A stretch of 64,000 nucleotides of DNA, taken from NCBI GenBank assembly GCA_001643675.2, contig LSRY02000002.1, positions 496,001-560,000 of the forward strand. Reading direction: 5' to 3'. Numbering within the stretch: position 1 is the stretch's first letter; each line of letters begins with the position of its first letter. Made by a program: the position numbers and the translations under genes. The DNA comes from Monocercomonoides exilis PA203. Its lineage: Eukaryota; Protista; Preaxostyla. The notes beneath the pieces are model-generated. The model was not told where the DNA came from. It made no database searches and worked only from the letters and a program-made list of their open reading frames with translations. Of this stretch, positions 1 through 13,056 are shown piece by piece.

Positions 1-62
1 TACAAAAATGAAAATTTTCATTTTTCATTGAAATTAATCATTAAATATTAAATAAATTGGCA

Positions 63-1500
63 TTATGATCATATCCCAAAAAATTTATCAAGAATAAGAA
101 AGTTGCTGGAAAGTCTTCTGAGGGTCATCAAAAGCTGTTGGAGGAGATGCTATAGTTCGACTGGAGACAATTAATGAATCCGCTTGAGTGAATGGAAAAA
201 ATTGAAAACGATGGAGTTGTGAATATTGAGCTGTTCATGTCGTGGATGGATTCAACAGCAAAATATTTGGAAAAATTAGAATCTAACTTGCTATGAAAAC
301 TGTTCGGAAAGAAAGATTGACTTCAAAAGTCGGAAGATTTACTGTTGTTATTGGCGAAAAAGAACAAGCTGATTTTGATGAAACAAAAATAGAAACACAA
401 TCTGGAACAAGCTTGACCGTCAAGAAAATGCGTGAACTGATTTGTATTAACATTTTTTGTAATGCATTAATAAAAACAAATTCGATTGAAAATGTTGTTT
501 ATGATAAAAAACACAGAAAACTCTTCCGATATTACAGTTACTGCTTCCGTTTCCAAAGACTTCATTAAAAGATTGCCCGAATTGAAGACTTCAAAGTCAA
601 AAATTGCAAATGCGAACAAGTGGCAATATTTTTCCAACAAGTTTAAGTGCTGAGGAATAACATGCTGTTTGGAATGCAATAGACAAATAATTTCAGCAAT
701 GTCCTGATCTTCAAATTAGACAAGGTTTCGCTCAAGACACCAAACAGCTCCAATCAAAATGTTGTGCATCCAGTTAATGCAAAACCCTGTTTTGCAAAAT
801 CTGCTGCACGAATGGTAAATTCTTCGTTGAATGCGGCTGTTGCTGCTGATGGTTAATCACTTCCTTCAGTGATTCTGTGGCCAAATCTCTAATTTCCTGT
901 CCATTCGAAGCCTCTTCAATCTTCAAATCTTGAGATTTGACCGAACAAATGCGGATGGATGGAATCTTCAACATTTAGGAAGTATGCACTTTCAATACTT
1001 CTCCCTTCAATCAAAGAAAGAAGGCAACGCATGTCACTCAACGAATTTAACTGCTTGCTTCTGATTGAATTCTATATTTCTCGAACAGGTCCAACAATCA
1101 AGTAAGAATTCAAAAAAGAAAACGTTGATGTTGTGATATTCGTCCATCACAGCACACTCACATGTCAGCCACTGGACCGAGGCGTATTTGCAGTTTTGAA
1201 GTCTGAGATGAGTTCACAGTTCGATGCACCTTTTCGTCTTCTTCAACTGTGAAAAGAACAGCTCTGCATGAAGCTCTATAGCAATCAATTCATTTGGCAC
1301 AATCACCTTCAGTCATCAAAATATCTTACGAATGAATGCGGCTTTCTTAAGGACTCGTCTGGGCCAGATCTGATGCAGCTTTCTCCTTCATAGACTTATT
1401 ATCTTCCTTCTCATAAAAATCGATTTGACTCCCAAGGAAAGAAAATAACTAAAGAAAAGTTACTTAATGAGTGGGATGATTATTGGGAAAAGAAAAGCGA
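63..1500 (+). mobile_element. Decayed pogo/Tigger-like (DDE_1 family) transposase relic
   Basis: Manual translation across stops and frameshifts gives motifs in DDE_1 order: IFKLDKVSL (~707-733, cf. I.N.DET), PNKCGWMESSTFRKYA (~941-988, cf. sGWM...F), LLLIEFYISR (~1055-1084, cf. LLllDgHsSh) and NVDVVIFVHHSTLTCQPLDRGVFAVLKSEM (1121-1210, cf. lPph.th.lQPlD.gvF..lK). ORF 293-568 may be part of the N-terminal DNA-binding region. No clear TIRs were seen in the window. Confidence 0.8.
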
Positions 1501-2892
1501 AATGGAAAATGAAAAAAAAAAAAAAACATTTCCGATGAAGGAAATATAGAAAAAATGAATATCACAAAAAAAGCTGTAAAGGTAGTTCATAATTCTTCAA
1601 GATGAAAACGATAAGGAGATAGAATCATCTGAAGAAATTGAAAAAAAAAATTAAAAAAAAAAAGAAATTAAGAAAAAGAAAAGTCATTTGCATATTTGAT
1701 TCAAGTTTTGTATTTTTTTAATTTTTTCAACATTTTTTCATTTCAAAAAAATTTGTTTTTAACAAAAGAAATTGGAAATATAAAAAATATGACACCATCC
1801 ATAAACTTTCTCGATGATAATTTTATTAACAAAATACAATATATTTTGAATAATAAATGGTGTTAATGGTTAACGTTTACAAAAAAATATAGAAAATAAA
1901 AATATATATGAAGTTTAATAAAAATGAATGATTCACTTATAAATATATATAAGTTTTATTTGCAAATTGAATATATATTAGAATTATCTTCATTTTATGT
2001 TGCGCTTTGAAAGAAAATTTCATAAAAGTTATCGAGTATTATTGATTAATTTTTCTGCAGAATCTTCATTTTCAAAGCCATTTTCTATGAAAGAAAAATC
2101 TGATTTTTTTTTGGAATAATTCACACTTAAGAATATAACTCAATCAAACAATATTCACATTCAGAAATTAAATTGCTAATTCCAAAATTGATTTGTTTTT
2201 GGTGAATAATTCAATAAAATAGAAATTTCGAAATTGACTTGTAAATTTTCAATTTTGAATTATTTTTGGAGCGATTAGAGATAAAATAAAGATATAAGAA
2301 TTAGATGTAAATGAAGTAACACTCTGTCAACACAATCAAAAACGTAAGAAAATCGAAAGCATTTGAATTCTATGAAAAACCAAAAACATAAAATAATTAG
2401 TTAAGAATTTCATAATTCAAATGAAAAACATTTAAAATCAGAGACATTAAAGTTGAAAATTTAGCTATTGAAACAAAAAAAGAATGGGAAGATTAATAAA
2501 TAATGAAAGAAATAATTTCCACATCTGATTAAAACGAAAAATTTCAACAAATATTTTAAAATAGGTCAATATTAATTTACATTTCTCTTGAGTTTGTAAG
2601 ACAAAAGATTCGATGGATCAAACAGCCAAAAAAACAAGCAACTATTCATTGCACACTAATTTTTCATAATAAATAATCATAAATAGCAGAAAAATGTTAT
2701 TTATTCCCTTCATCGTAATAAAAAAAAAAAAAAAAAAAAAAAAAACAGAACAGAAAAAGAATCCATAAATAAATATTAATAAATTACTTTGTATAGAAAA
2801 GGATTAAAAGATAAGTTGTGTCTGTTCATACATACTTTTCAAACAGATTCAGAAATATAAGAACAACCTCATAATTGAAACCAGGAGAAGTG

Positions 2893-5211
2893 TTATTGAG
2901 AAGAGAATATGAACTGCATAATAAAGATGGAAAGTCCATACAAAATAAGGCCAATGTGGATAATCAGCGAGAACACCATTTTGGCCTTAGATGGCCTGGA
3001 AGGTCCTCCTACAAGATTAAGTATATATATCATTTATGAGAAGAAAATGTTTAACCATATAAACATCATTAAGTTTAAGAAAATAAATAAATTTAAGTCA
3101 AATATAAGATACTCGAGTAATAACCGATATTCATACCATTTGATAAAGCAAGCATAGATGGAGTGAAGATAGATGAAGGATACAAAGTGAAATCTCCTTT
3201 ATGCCCCTTCACAACACGAATCATCTCAATCAGACAAGGAAGTGTGTATATGTATATGAACCTTTGAACAGAAGAAATATCGTCAAATAATAAAAATAGA
3301 AACAAAAATGCAATAATTATTTAATATTTCTTTCATCAAACATCTCACAAATATAATACAAACCCACAAAACGATCCCGCAAATCTCAGCACAGTTCCAA
3401 CTTTTGGATAAAATACAGCAAACAACGTTGTCACACTCATAAAGAAGATAGATGCTGGAACAATATGGATCCAGAAATTCAACGTAGGTTCTTTCTGCTT
3501 CTGCCTTTGTGGACGTACAATTGGCTTGTGAAGAGAAGACAAAGCATGTCCATCGTCTGAAGCATCAGAATCAGAAGCAGCAGGCGAAGCAATTGGTTGT
3601 TCGTGAGGTGACATAAGACTTGTATCAGACGAGGACTGAGATTGATATCCTGTCTCGTAGCTTTGTTCGATTTCACTATTTTGGTAGCTTCTTTCCTCTT
3701 TTCTCAGCAGCTGCTTTGTATCGTCAAAGTCCTCCTCTTCTTCATTTCTCTTTTCTCCCATCGCTGCATTTTCGCTTGCTGCGTTCTGCTGCTCCATCCG
3801 ATCTTTATCTGTGTCGCTGTCATTCACCGACGAAAACGAATGTGGTGGCTTTCGATCATAAGGCACAACTGTCGTGGTTGTGAGAGTCATTTTCGGAGCA
3901 GATTCCACATTGGAGGAAGCATAAGATGCTGAAGTGGACGAAGAGCCGAGAAGATGTGTACGCTCTTCAGAAGAAGGTTCAAACGGAGAAGAAGAAGGCG
4001 AAGTGACAGGTGAGGAAGACGGTGAAAGTGTTGATGACTTGGCATCTTTGTCTTTTCCCTCAAAGCCACCTGTTTCCAGTCCCTCTCTTTCTGCTCTCTC
4101 GCGTGCTTCTCTTTCTTTTCTCTCCTTCCGCTCTTTCCTTTCCTTTATTCTCTTCCGCTTGGCCGGTGAGCACTTCTCAAAGCCAGTTCCGCACTGCACC
4201 CACGAAGCAGGGAAAAAGGTTGAGAAAAACGCCACACGCATTGTTCTATGCATAACAGGAAAACACACAAGCATTTGCAGTGTTAATGCAACACGAGCAA
4301 TAAAAGCAGGAATGTTTGTTGAAGAAAACACAAGAAGATAATTATCCACAATTGACTTGATTTCTGGCGGATCTGTGTTGGGATCTTTGAATGTGTGATA
4401 TCCCAAATACCCACTCACCCCAACGAGAATGTAAATTAGAATGTCCACAGTAAATCCCAAGAATATATCGCGGGTATTATGTTTTGGATTTGCTGGATTC
4501 AAGAAAAGGCTTGGAACGATATTATGTATAAAAAAAGACATTGACAACACCCCAATCGACGCAGGAAAATGGTCATCAGCCATTTCTAAATCTTTTGTTT
4601 GTATTCCATCAGGAGGCATAAATCCCGTAACAATGACTATTCCAGATACTATGATAACAGCAAAAATTCCTAACGATGACAAACGTATAATAACTGATGG
4701 ATTAGGAATCATAACAAGTGGAAGAAGCATAGCCGTAATACATAGTGCAGAAATTTGCGTCGTCCACCAATCTGGGGGTGTTGTTTTTGCAAAGACAAAA
4801 ATTGCTGAAACAACCTGATGAAAGTTTTGTGACAAAAATATGTGGAATGCTATTTGAGCAACCAGTAAAACAAGAATTGAAACAAATTGAGCTAAATAAA
4901 AGCTCCAAGGTCCGAGCACCTCTTTGCATCTGTAAGAAAAATCGTAATGTCCACCACTATTCTTTAAAACTAAAGTTGATGTGTAGCACGAAACATAGCC
5001 AGATAAAAGAACTAAAATAATTCCAAGCACTAGCCCTGCCTGGTTTATAACTTAAAAAAGATAATTACATTATAAATAAAGAAGCAACCAAACCCCATGG
5101 AAGTGCAATGATGGTTGAACCAATCATCACTGTTGCAAGTGAAAAAATGCTTGTAAAGCTTCCTTGCTTTTTATTTGGTTTTTCTTCTTGAAGTAAAAGA
5201 AGGGAGCTCAT
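2893..5211 (-). CDS. SLC38A9-like amino acid transporter (AAAP/Aa_trans family), about 4 exons
   Basis: Exon 1 from ATG 5211 reads MSSLLLLQEEKPNKKQGSFTSIFSLATVMIGSTIIALPW, the SLC38 TM1 motif. The main exon (ORF 3345-5030) contains GVLSMSFFIHN, NPANPKHNTRD and FARVALTLQMLVCFP. Two short 3' exons read FIYIYTLPCL... and ...LIIHIGLILYGLSIFIMQFIFSSQ*, with the stop at 2893-2895. Splice points are approximate. Confidence 0.85.
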
Positions 5212-5360
5212 CTTCAATCAAAAACAATGTCCGGATTACGAGAAATAAAAATGACGAGATGATCTTAAACCCACCGTTTGAATTAATAAAAGATAAAAAA
5301 GTGTGAATATAACGTTTTTCACGTGGATATTGATTATTTTGTTTGTTTAAAAATTACAGA
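5212..5360. promoter_or_regulatory. Putative bidirectional promoter (transporter / eIF3h)
   Basis: Only 149 bp separate the two divergent start codons. Confidence 0.55.
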
Positions 5361-6834
5361 ATGTCAAAAAATCTTCTAAAAGCAGTAGAGAATGGTGTTA
5401 TTAATGAAATAACCATTGATGGAACAGTTATTCTGCAAATCATCAAACATTCTGTCGAGCACAATTCAAAATTTGTTTCTGGCGTTCTTACTGGATTTGT
5501 CTCAGAAGACTCCATTGATATTTCAAATTCATATCCATATCTAACAGATACTGCCGATCCGGAAAAGGTGAGCGAATATACAAAGCGATGTCATCTTCGA
5601 CTTGAGGGATCTGATTATGATTTTGAACCAGTTGGTATTTACATAACTTCAAGCTATTCTGATTTTATCTCAGAAAAGATTATCAACACAATCTCCGCAA
5701 ATGAGCAAACTGTCAAAAAATGTGCATTTTTAGTTTACGATCCACAAGAAACAAGACTTGTATGTAACTTCAAAAGATTATTTTTTATCTGCATAAATAT
5801 TTAATTTCATATTAGGGACGACTCTCATTAAAAGCGTATCGATTAGCTCGTCCATTTCTCAAGGCAGACGCAAATCGATGTAATGCTCAAGAAACGTTTG
5901 CCCTTTTTTATATGCCAGATTGAAATATTATTTTTATTTAACTTTTTTTAAAAGTATATTACAAGCTAAATATTCAGATGATTTATTTGAAGCATTGCCA
6001 CTCAAAATCACAAACATTGATTTTGTTAAAGCATATCTGATGCAACTTCGTTGCGAAGAGTATTCAACCACACTTCACCACCTCACAGAAGATCAATCAT
6101 CGTCATCTTCTTCATCTAAGTCGTCGCAATCACCCTCAAACGTTCTCTCCATCTCTTTCTCTGATGCCGATTTTGCAGCGCTTACTCTGGAGAAAGGATC
6201 CCAAATCCATCATAGGATGGAGTTACTCTCGTCTGCATCAGAGAACTTGGCCACAGAAGAGACAAAGTTCACAAGCTATCACAGATTGCTGTCAAGGCAC
6301 CGTTTATATCAGGAGAAAAAGCGACAAGAGGCTGCGAATCCATCTTCTTCGCAGTCGAAGGAGAAAGACATGAAGTTTGTGATTAAGGAGCCCTTCTGTG
6401 TGAAGTCTGTGATGATCAAAGAACAAGTGCACCACCACGCACAACGAGCAAGCGAGCTGACGAAGCAATCATATGCTGTGATTAATGCGTTGGATGAGAT
6501 CCAGAAAGCACTTCGGAGGAAAGGGATGGGAGAGGAAGAGGAGCAAGAGAGCGAGGACAAAGAGAAAGCAGCACAAGAGAAAATTATGGAGAAAGACGAA
6601 GAAGGCGATGAAGAAGGTGACGTGGCTGTGGAGGTTGGAGTGGAGGTTGGAGAGGTTGATGACGAGGACCACGCGATTTTGCCTCAGATTTCTGGAGAGG
6701 AAGAAGGAGATGACGAGTTTCCATTGGGAATAGCTGATCCAACTGCTACGCTTCTGGAGAATGAAGATGCTGATGTTATTGAGCCTCTTCTTTCTACGTC
6801 TACAATTTTGGAAGGAGCAACACTTGAACCATAA
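5361..6834 (+). CDS. EIF3H: Eukaryotic translation initiation factor 3 subunit H (inactive MPN domain), 3 exons
   Basis: Contains ITIDGTVILQIIKH...VSGVLTGFV.EDSIDISNSYPY and FLVYDPQETRL. Intron 5760-5815 (gtatgt...attag) is followed by GRLSLKAYRL, matching eIF3h GSLSLKAYRL. Intron ~5896-5955 is followed by LFEALPLKITN, matching eIF3h MFEEVPIVIKN. Confidence 0.88.
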
Positions 6835-7473
6835 ACATGCTTATGCATTGTGGCTGTTCTTTTGTTGTTCTTTTCTTTCTTTCATTCTTCTTCATACTCA
6901 CCTTTCTTTACTCTTTTCTAAGCCTTTTTTTTTAGCTTTAATTTTTGATGGCTTTTCCCAATTCATTGACTTAATTAAACAATTTACATGGAAGAAGATT
7001 TTTTTCCCCCAAAGAAAATGAAGCTCTTGAAAAAGCGATGCATTCACTTATGATTGAAAATGATTCAAACAATCTTTTTTTAAAAAAAATCGACAAACAA
7101 ATGAATGAAAAAAAGTATATGTACCATAAAAACATTGTTAATGAATGTGCTTTTAGAGGATGTTCTGCTTGACTCAAACTCAATTTATAAGCAGAACTTA
7201 AAAAAAAGAAAAAGAAAAAGAAAAAGAAAAGGATAAGAATATTAAAATTAAAAAAAGAGAGATCTACACACAAAATAAATATGTACGAAAAGAACAGACA
7301 AAAACAAGTGAAATTCCACAAAAGCACAGATTCAAGTGATGATGCTTTACAAGGAGTATTCACAACTATTTTTTTAAATGATCGATTTATTCAGATATAT
7401 ATATTTTTTTTAATTGCAAAATTGAAGCAAAGAAAAGAAACGAGAATTTGAAATATAAAATTTAAAACAAAAG

Positions 7474-7584
7474 AAGAAAAGAAAAGAAAAGAAAAGAAAA
7501 GAAAAGAAAATGAAATATTCAACAAAAGAAGGAGAAAAATAGCAAACAAAAATGAATATTTGAGCTCAACAGACAAATGAACTG

Positions 7585-7619
<35 letters not shown>
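7474..7619. repeat. (GAAAA)n microsatellite and ~35-nt poly-A run in the convergent intergenic region
   Basis: Visible directly at 7474-7510 and 7585-7619. Confidence 0.9.
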
Positions 7620-7621
<2 letters not shown>

Positions 7622-8362
7622 AAATAATCTTTAAAAATAAACATTTTTATTGTTATAAATAAAATCATCTGTTATAACTTCTAAAATTGCATCAATAAAT
7701 TTGATCATTTAATAAAAACAAACAAATAAGCAATACAAGAAAAAAGTTATTAAAATGCAAACAAAACAGCATTATGAAAATATCTGAACAATGAAAAAAG
7801 TAAAAAAAGCAAAAGCAAAAACAAAAGACGTTGCTATGGACAGACAGATGAAGAATTGCCATCAGTTATAAAACTTAAAAAGAACATACACTCTGCATAT
7901 GGCGTTGATGCACAAGGCCATATGTTCAAAGCAACGAAAGAGAAAAGAATGAAAAATAAAATAAAATAAAATATAAAATAAATATAAAGAAGAAAGAGAA
8001 AAATCATAAAAAATAAAAAAAAACTGGATAAAAGGAATAAAAACAATAAGCAACCATTCACAAACTTTGACTGCAACACTCATTAACGTGTCAATGCAGA
8101 TGATATTTTCAATGAAACAGGCAAAAAGAACAAGCTTTATTCTTTTTGAACTTTACACCTCATTTATCTCAAAATTCATCTGCATTCAATTGCAATCCAA
8201 CAAACAAACAAGCAAGTAACCAAGCAAACAAATAAATAAAACCTTCTTTTTTATCTTTTATCTTTTTTCTGTTTTCTTTTTTCTTTTTTCTTTTTTCTTC
8301 TTTCTTCTTCCCTTCCTCCTTCACATCCGCTTTCACTCATTCAACACCCTCCTATTTACTCT

Positions 8363-11300
8363 TCATTCTTCCACCATCACAACATTCCCTGTATTCCCTG
8401 TATTCCCAGTATTCATCGAATTCATTGAATTCCCCACAGCTCCCTTCGGCTTCGGCGGCGGCGGCCTCTTTGGCGGGCTGAATATCGCCGAAGACGTCAC
8501 ACTCGGTATTTCCTCCTCGCTATTTCTCCGAGACGGCGGCGGCTGTGGCGGGCCCCGCAGCTTAATCTCTGCGATTTCCTTTTCTCTTTTGCTCTGCTGC
8601 TCTTTCTGCTTCTCCTTTTGCTTCTGCAGCGCCTTCTGAATCTCCTTCCTCTCTTCTTCTTCTGCCATCCTCCTCTTCTTCCCTTTCTCGTCTCTCTCAT
8701 CGTCAAATGGCTTGATATTCTTCCAGTCGAGCTTCAAATGAGACAGCACACGTTCCCACAGCTTCGCATTCGGCGGTGGAATAAAAGGATTCCGGAGAAA
8801 CGGAGAAACTGGCGGGGTGGACACGGGCAGTGCGAAGGGATAGACTGATTTCTTCGTGTTTGTATTTGCATTTGGATTTGTTTTTGTCTGAGGGGAAAGA
8901 AGAGCAATGGAAGGGATGCTTTCATCAGAGAGAGGAATGTCTTCATCGTCTGCAATGTCAACTGAGGAATAGAGAGAGGACAAGGGAAGGAGATGTGGTG
9001 TGCTTGATGAAGAAGAGGAAGAGGAAGAGGAAGAGGAAGAGGAAGAGGAAGAGGAAGAGGAAGAGGAAGAGGAAGAGGAAGAGGAAGAGGAGGAGGAGGA
9101 AGAAGGAGAAGAAGAGGAAGATGAAGAAGGCGATAAATTATTGACAGGAAGAGAAGGAGAAGAATCTTTTGCAGAAGGGCTGGTGAGTGAATTGTGAGCA
9201 GATGACTCAGATGAAGCAACAGGAGTGGAAGGCAAAGAGGCAGTTGAATCAACTGGAAGAGTTGAACTGTTCAAAGAAGAAGAAGAAGAAGAAGAAGAAG
9301 AGGAGGAGGAAGAAGAAGAAGAAGATGATGAATCAGATGATGTTGAAGAAGAACGTGCTTGTGAAGGTGAAGGAGAAAGTGAAAGATGATTTGACGAAAG
9401 AGAAGAAGGCGAAACTTGTGCGATCTGAACGACCGGCGGAGGAGATGACTGAACAGAAGAAGAAGAAGAAGAAGAAGAAGATGATGATGATGATGAATTC
9501 AATGAAGAAGAAGAAGCATTATCATTATCATTATCATAAGCATTTGTATCAGAAGACGTTTCTGATGAGTTCAATGAAGAATTTCTTGTTTCCTTCAGAG
9601 AAGATGATCTTGCAACAGAAGGAACAGGAAGTGAACACAAATTCAGCTGTCCCAGTTGTTGCTGCTGCTGTTGTTCTTGTTGAGTGGCTGAGAGTTCAGG
9701 CAATTCATCAAAGACTGAAGAAGAAGAAGAAGAAGAAGAAGAAGAAGAAGAAGAAGAAGAAGAAGAAGAAGAAGATGATGATGATGATGACAATGATTTA
9801 ACATCACTCACAAGAGCAGGTGGATAAGGTGATGATGCATCTGAAGAAGAAGAAGAAGAAGAGTAAGGCGAAACAGAACGAGAAGCGTGATATGAATTAG
9901 TGTTATTATTATTATTAACACTATTATTACAAGCATTATCATTTGTGCTATTATTACTGTTACTATTACTATTATTATTAGCTTCACAGCTAGCAGAGAG
10001 AGTGCGCGTGTGAGTGTGGAGAGGAAGAGAGCGAATGACTGGAATGGCTGAAAGAGCAGGAGAAGAAGAGAGGCTGAGGCTGTGTGGAGTGGATGAGAGG
10101 GAGGAAACTGAAACTGAATCTGAAACAGAATCTGAATCTGACTCGGAAGATGAATTAGAAATGGAAGAAGGAGAAAGAGGAGAGGAGGAAGAGGAAGAAT
10201 TACTTGATGCAATTGGAGTGGAAGTTATATCAAGTGTTGTGGTTGATGAAGATGAAGAAGGAGAAGAAGGAAGAGAATAGTTTTGTGTCTGGTGTGTGTT
10301 CAGAGCAGAGAAAGAAGGCCTGCCTTGCAAAGAGATAGAACGAGGAACAGAAGGAGAAGCAGTTGAAGAAGAAGAAGAAGAAGAAGAGGAGGAGGATGAA
10401 GAAAAGAATGAAGAAGACGAAGGAGAAGACGAAGGAGAGGAAGAAGAAGAAGAGGAAGAGAAGGAAGAGAAGGAAGAAGAATGAGAATGGGCAGAGTTGC
10501 TTCTGAAAGGGATGGAACGCAAAGAAGGGCTGCGAGGTGTGGAAGAGGCAGTGATCAGAGGAGCAGCAGAAGACAAGAAAGAGGAAGGAGAAGGAGGAGA
10601 TGAGACAGAAGAAGAAGAAGAAGAAGAAGAAGAAGATGGAGAAGGAGAAGAGGAAGGAGAGGAGGAGGAAGAAGAAGCAAAAATCGACGGAGATGATGAT
10701 GGTGAAGAAGATGGCGAAGAAGAAGAAGATGATGAGGAAGAAGAAGAAAGCGCAGGCGAATGAACAGCCGATGCAAAAGGAATGCTCCTCAACATTGGCG
10801 AGTTTGCCCTGGATGAAGTGAAAGAAGCAGAAATGGAGCTGTTTTGCTCAGACGAAAGGAACGAGGAAGGAGAAGGAGGATTGGAAGAGTTAGAGAACGC
10901 AGGTGATGCTGTTGATGATAATTGTGTTTGGGATGGAGAAGAAGAGGGAGAAGAAGAAGACATAGAGTTATTTGGTGAAGCAACTTCATTCGCCTCCTTA
11001 ATTTCCTCTTTACCCCGTTCATTCCTTTCATTCCCTCCATTCATTTCTCCCTCCTTCCCCTCCTTCCCTTCCTCCCTTTCCGCTTCAAACAGCATCTCCC
11101 CCTTTCTCGCTGCTTCCAGCACTGCCCTCGCCGTGCCGCTGTTGAAGTCAGGTGCCGAGTACATCTGCTTCAGAGCATCGCTCGCTTTCGTCAGCTGCGC
11201 TATCTCGTCCAGCTGCGGCTGAATCTGCTGCAGTGTGAACAGATCCTCCATCAGCTTCAACGACCACGTCGAAGACGGTGGCTGGAACGTGGAGAAGGGA

Positions 11301-12974
11301 GGAAGAGTGAAAAGGGACTTCTTCTGCGGCTGTGGTTGTGGTTGAGTCTGTGATTGAGGCATAAGCACAGACTGAGAAATAGACTGAGATTGAGTCTGTG
11401 ATTGAGCCTGCCCTTGAAGCTGAGTCTGAGTCTGATTCTGAGGTTGAGCAGGCGCCTCGTCCTTTGCCTTCTCAGCTGCTTCTCTTTGGGCGATGATTTC
11501 GCGCCACTCGCTGGATGTCTTGTTGACTGTGTCGACAATCACAGAGCGCTCGCCGTCGCTTTCGGCAGACATGAGAAAAGTGCGAGAAGGAAAGAAGAGG
11601 AAGAAGAGGAAGGTGGATGCGGGGTCGAGGCTTGTGGCGAGGTGGAGCGTGGTGGAGAGGCTGAAGAGGGTGTTGTCCAGAAATGACAGAGCAGAGGAAG
11701 AAGAGGAAGAGGAAGAAGAAGATGATGACACAGAAGAAGAAGAAGATGCGGAAGAAATGACTGCTTTTGATGACAGCTCCCCCGGAGCCAGCCCCATTTT
11801 CTTCTCGATCTCCTTCCATTCGCTCTCCATCTGCTCTCCCGTCGGCACAACCGCAGCTTCAACACCGTCCAGAAATGACAGAAAGCGGATGTCCAGTTTA
11901 GGCGGAATGGGAATCCCTTCGTTCTGGTCCTTCTTTCCAGAACTCCACACAGACGGTACTTTTTCGAAGTCGCACACAATCACAATGTCGCTGAAGAGCA
12001 CCAGGATGCGCTTGTCGGCTGAGTTTCTGTTCACTTTCATCACATTCCATTCGCTGATGTACCGCCGCGACGGGTGGACAATGTTCACGTGTGTCTGTAT
12101 CAGCCTGCTCTGCAGTTTCAGAAGACGATCCAGCTTCTTCTTTCGCTTAACAGTGTTGTTGATGAAGTAGACGACAGACTCAACTCGGTCACATGCCTTG
12201 TTTAAGTCGTCATAGTCAGGATGATCTTTGCTTGTTTTTTTCTTCAATTCTCGAAGCAGAAGATTCATCTGACTCAATCTTTGAATTGGTTTGTGCAAAA
12301 GAGTTGGAAGATTTGTTTCGCGAAGTTGAGGTTCAGCAACACTGACAGATTCAAGAAATATTTGAAACTTTGAATTTGTTGTTATCAAATGAATGAGATG
12401 AGCTGTGGCATTTGAGTGATCTTCGAAATATTCAACATAACACTTGAGAAAATCTCCCTAAGAAGAAGAAAATGATAAATTATAAAAAGGCATAAAGACA
12501 CAAAAAAAGTTAAATGCACACCAAAAAACAGTACAATTTCCCAATACGCTGTTCCCATGGATTTAATGCAATTGCTTTTTCCAAATTATCAAGAATTGCC
12601 GCATGAACATTTCTAATCGTAAGAATGTTCAAAAAAATATCATGAACATCTTTATTTGTGATTCCGAGCGATCCATCCTTTGCTCTTTTTTGTAAAGGAA
12701 ACATATAGTACTGCATTGAAAATTCATTTTTTTGCATTTATTAAAAAAGTAAATGCTCAATATTAAACTAAAAAATATAATAATAAAAATTTACCTTTAT
12801 GGTATCACCTAATGATTTTATATAATTCCGTTCTGTCTGCAAAATTTCAAGTGCAACATTTTGATGATCTTTGAGTCCACGAACGCGTTTCATAAGTTGG
12901 CACCGAAATAAATGGCGCCGCCAGGCATGCTGTATAATTATTGATGCATGCTCTTCACGGGACTTTTCGTCCAT
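8363..12974 (-). CDS. IQ + Dbl-homology + PH Rho guanine nucleotide exchange factor with long Ser-rich disordered tail, 3 exons
   Basis: IQ-like IIIQHAWRRHLFR. DH motifs: VALEILQTERNYIKSL, DVHDIFLNILTIRNVH, LLHKPIQRLSQMNLLLRELKKKT...HPDYDDL. PH start: RRYISEW...RILVLFSDIVIVC. C-terminal PxxP clusters. Introns at about 12794-12714 and 12522-12459. Confidence 0.88.
9012..9089. repeat. (GAAGAG)n coding microsatellite encoding poly-Ser on the minus strand; further (GAA)n tracts at ~9275-9325, 9455-9480 and 9717-9775
   Basis: Visible directly in the sequence. Confidence 0.9.
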
Positions 12975-13056
12975 ATAGATATTTTAAGGATTATTTATGT
13001 GATCAATTATATTATCAGAAAAATCAAAAATTTTCTATTTAACGAAAAAATACATA

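Noticed and set aside
2720-2744. Poly-A run as a retroelement tail
   Set aside because: No element body or target-site duplication is visible. It corresponds to a U-rich tract downstream of the minus-strand transporter.
8800-12170. Plus-strand poly-Glu/Lys/Arg ORFs
   Set aside because: They are antisense or alternate-frame shadows of the RhoGEF poly-Ser tracts.
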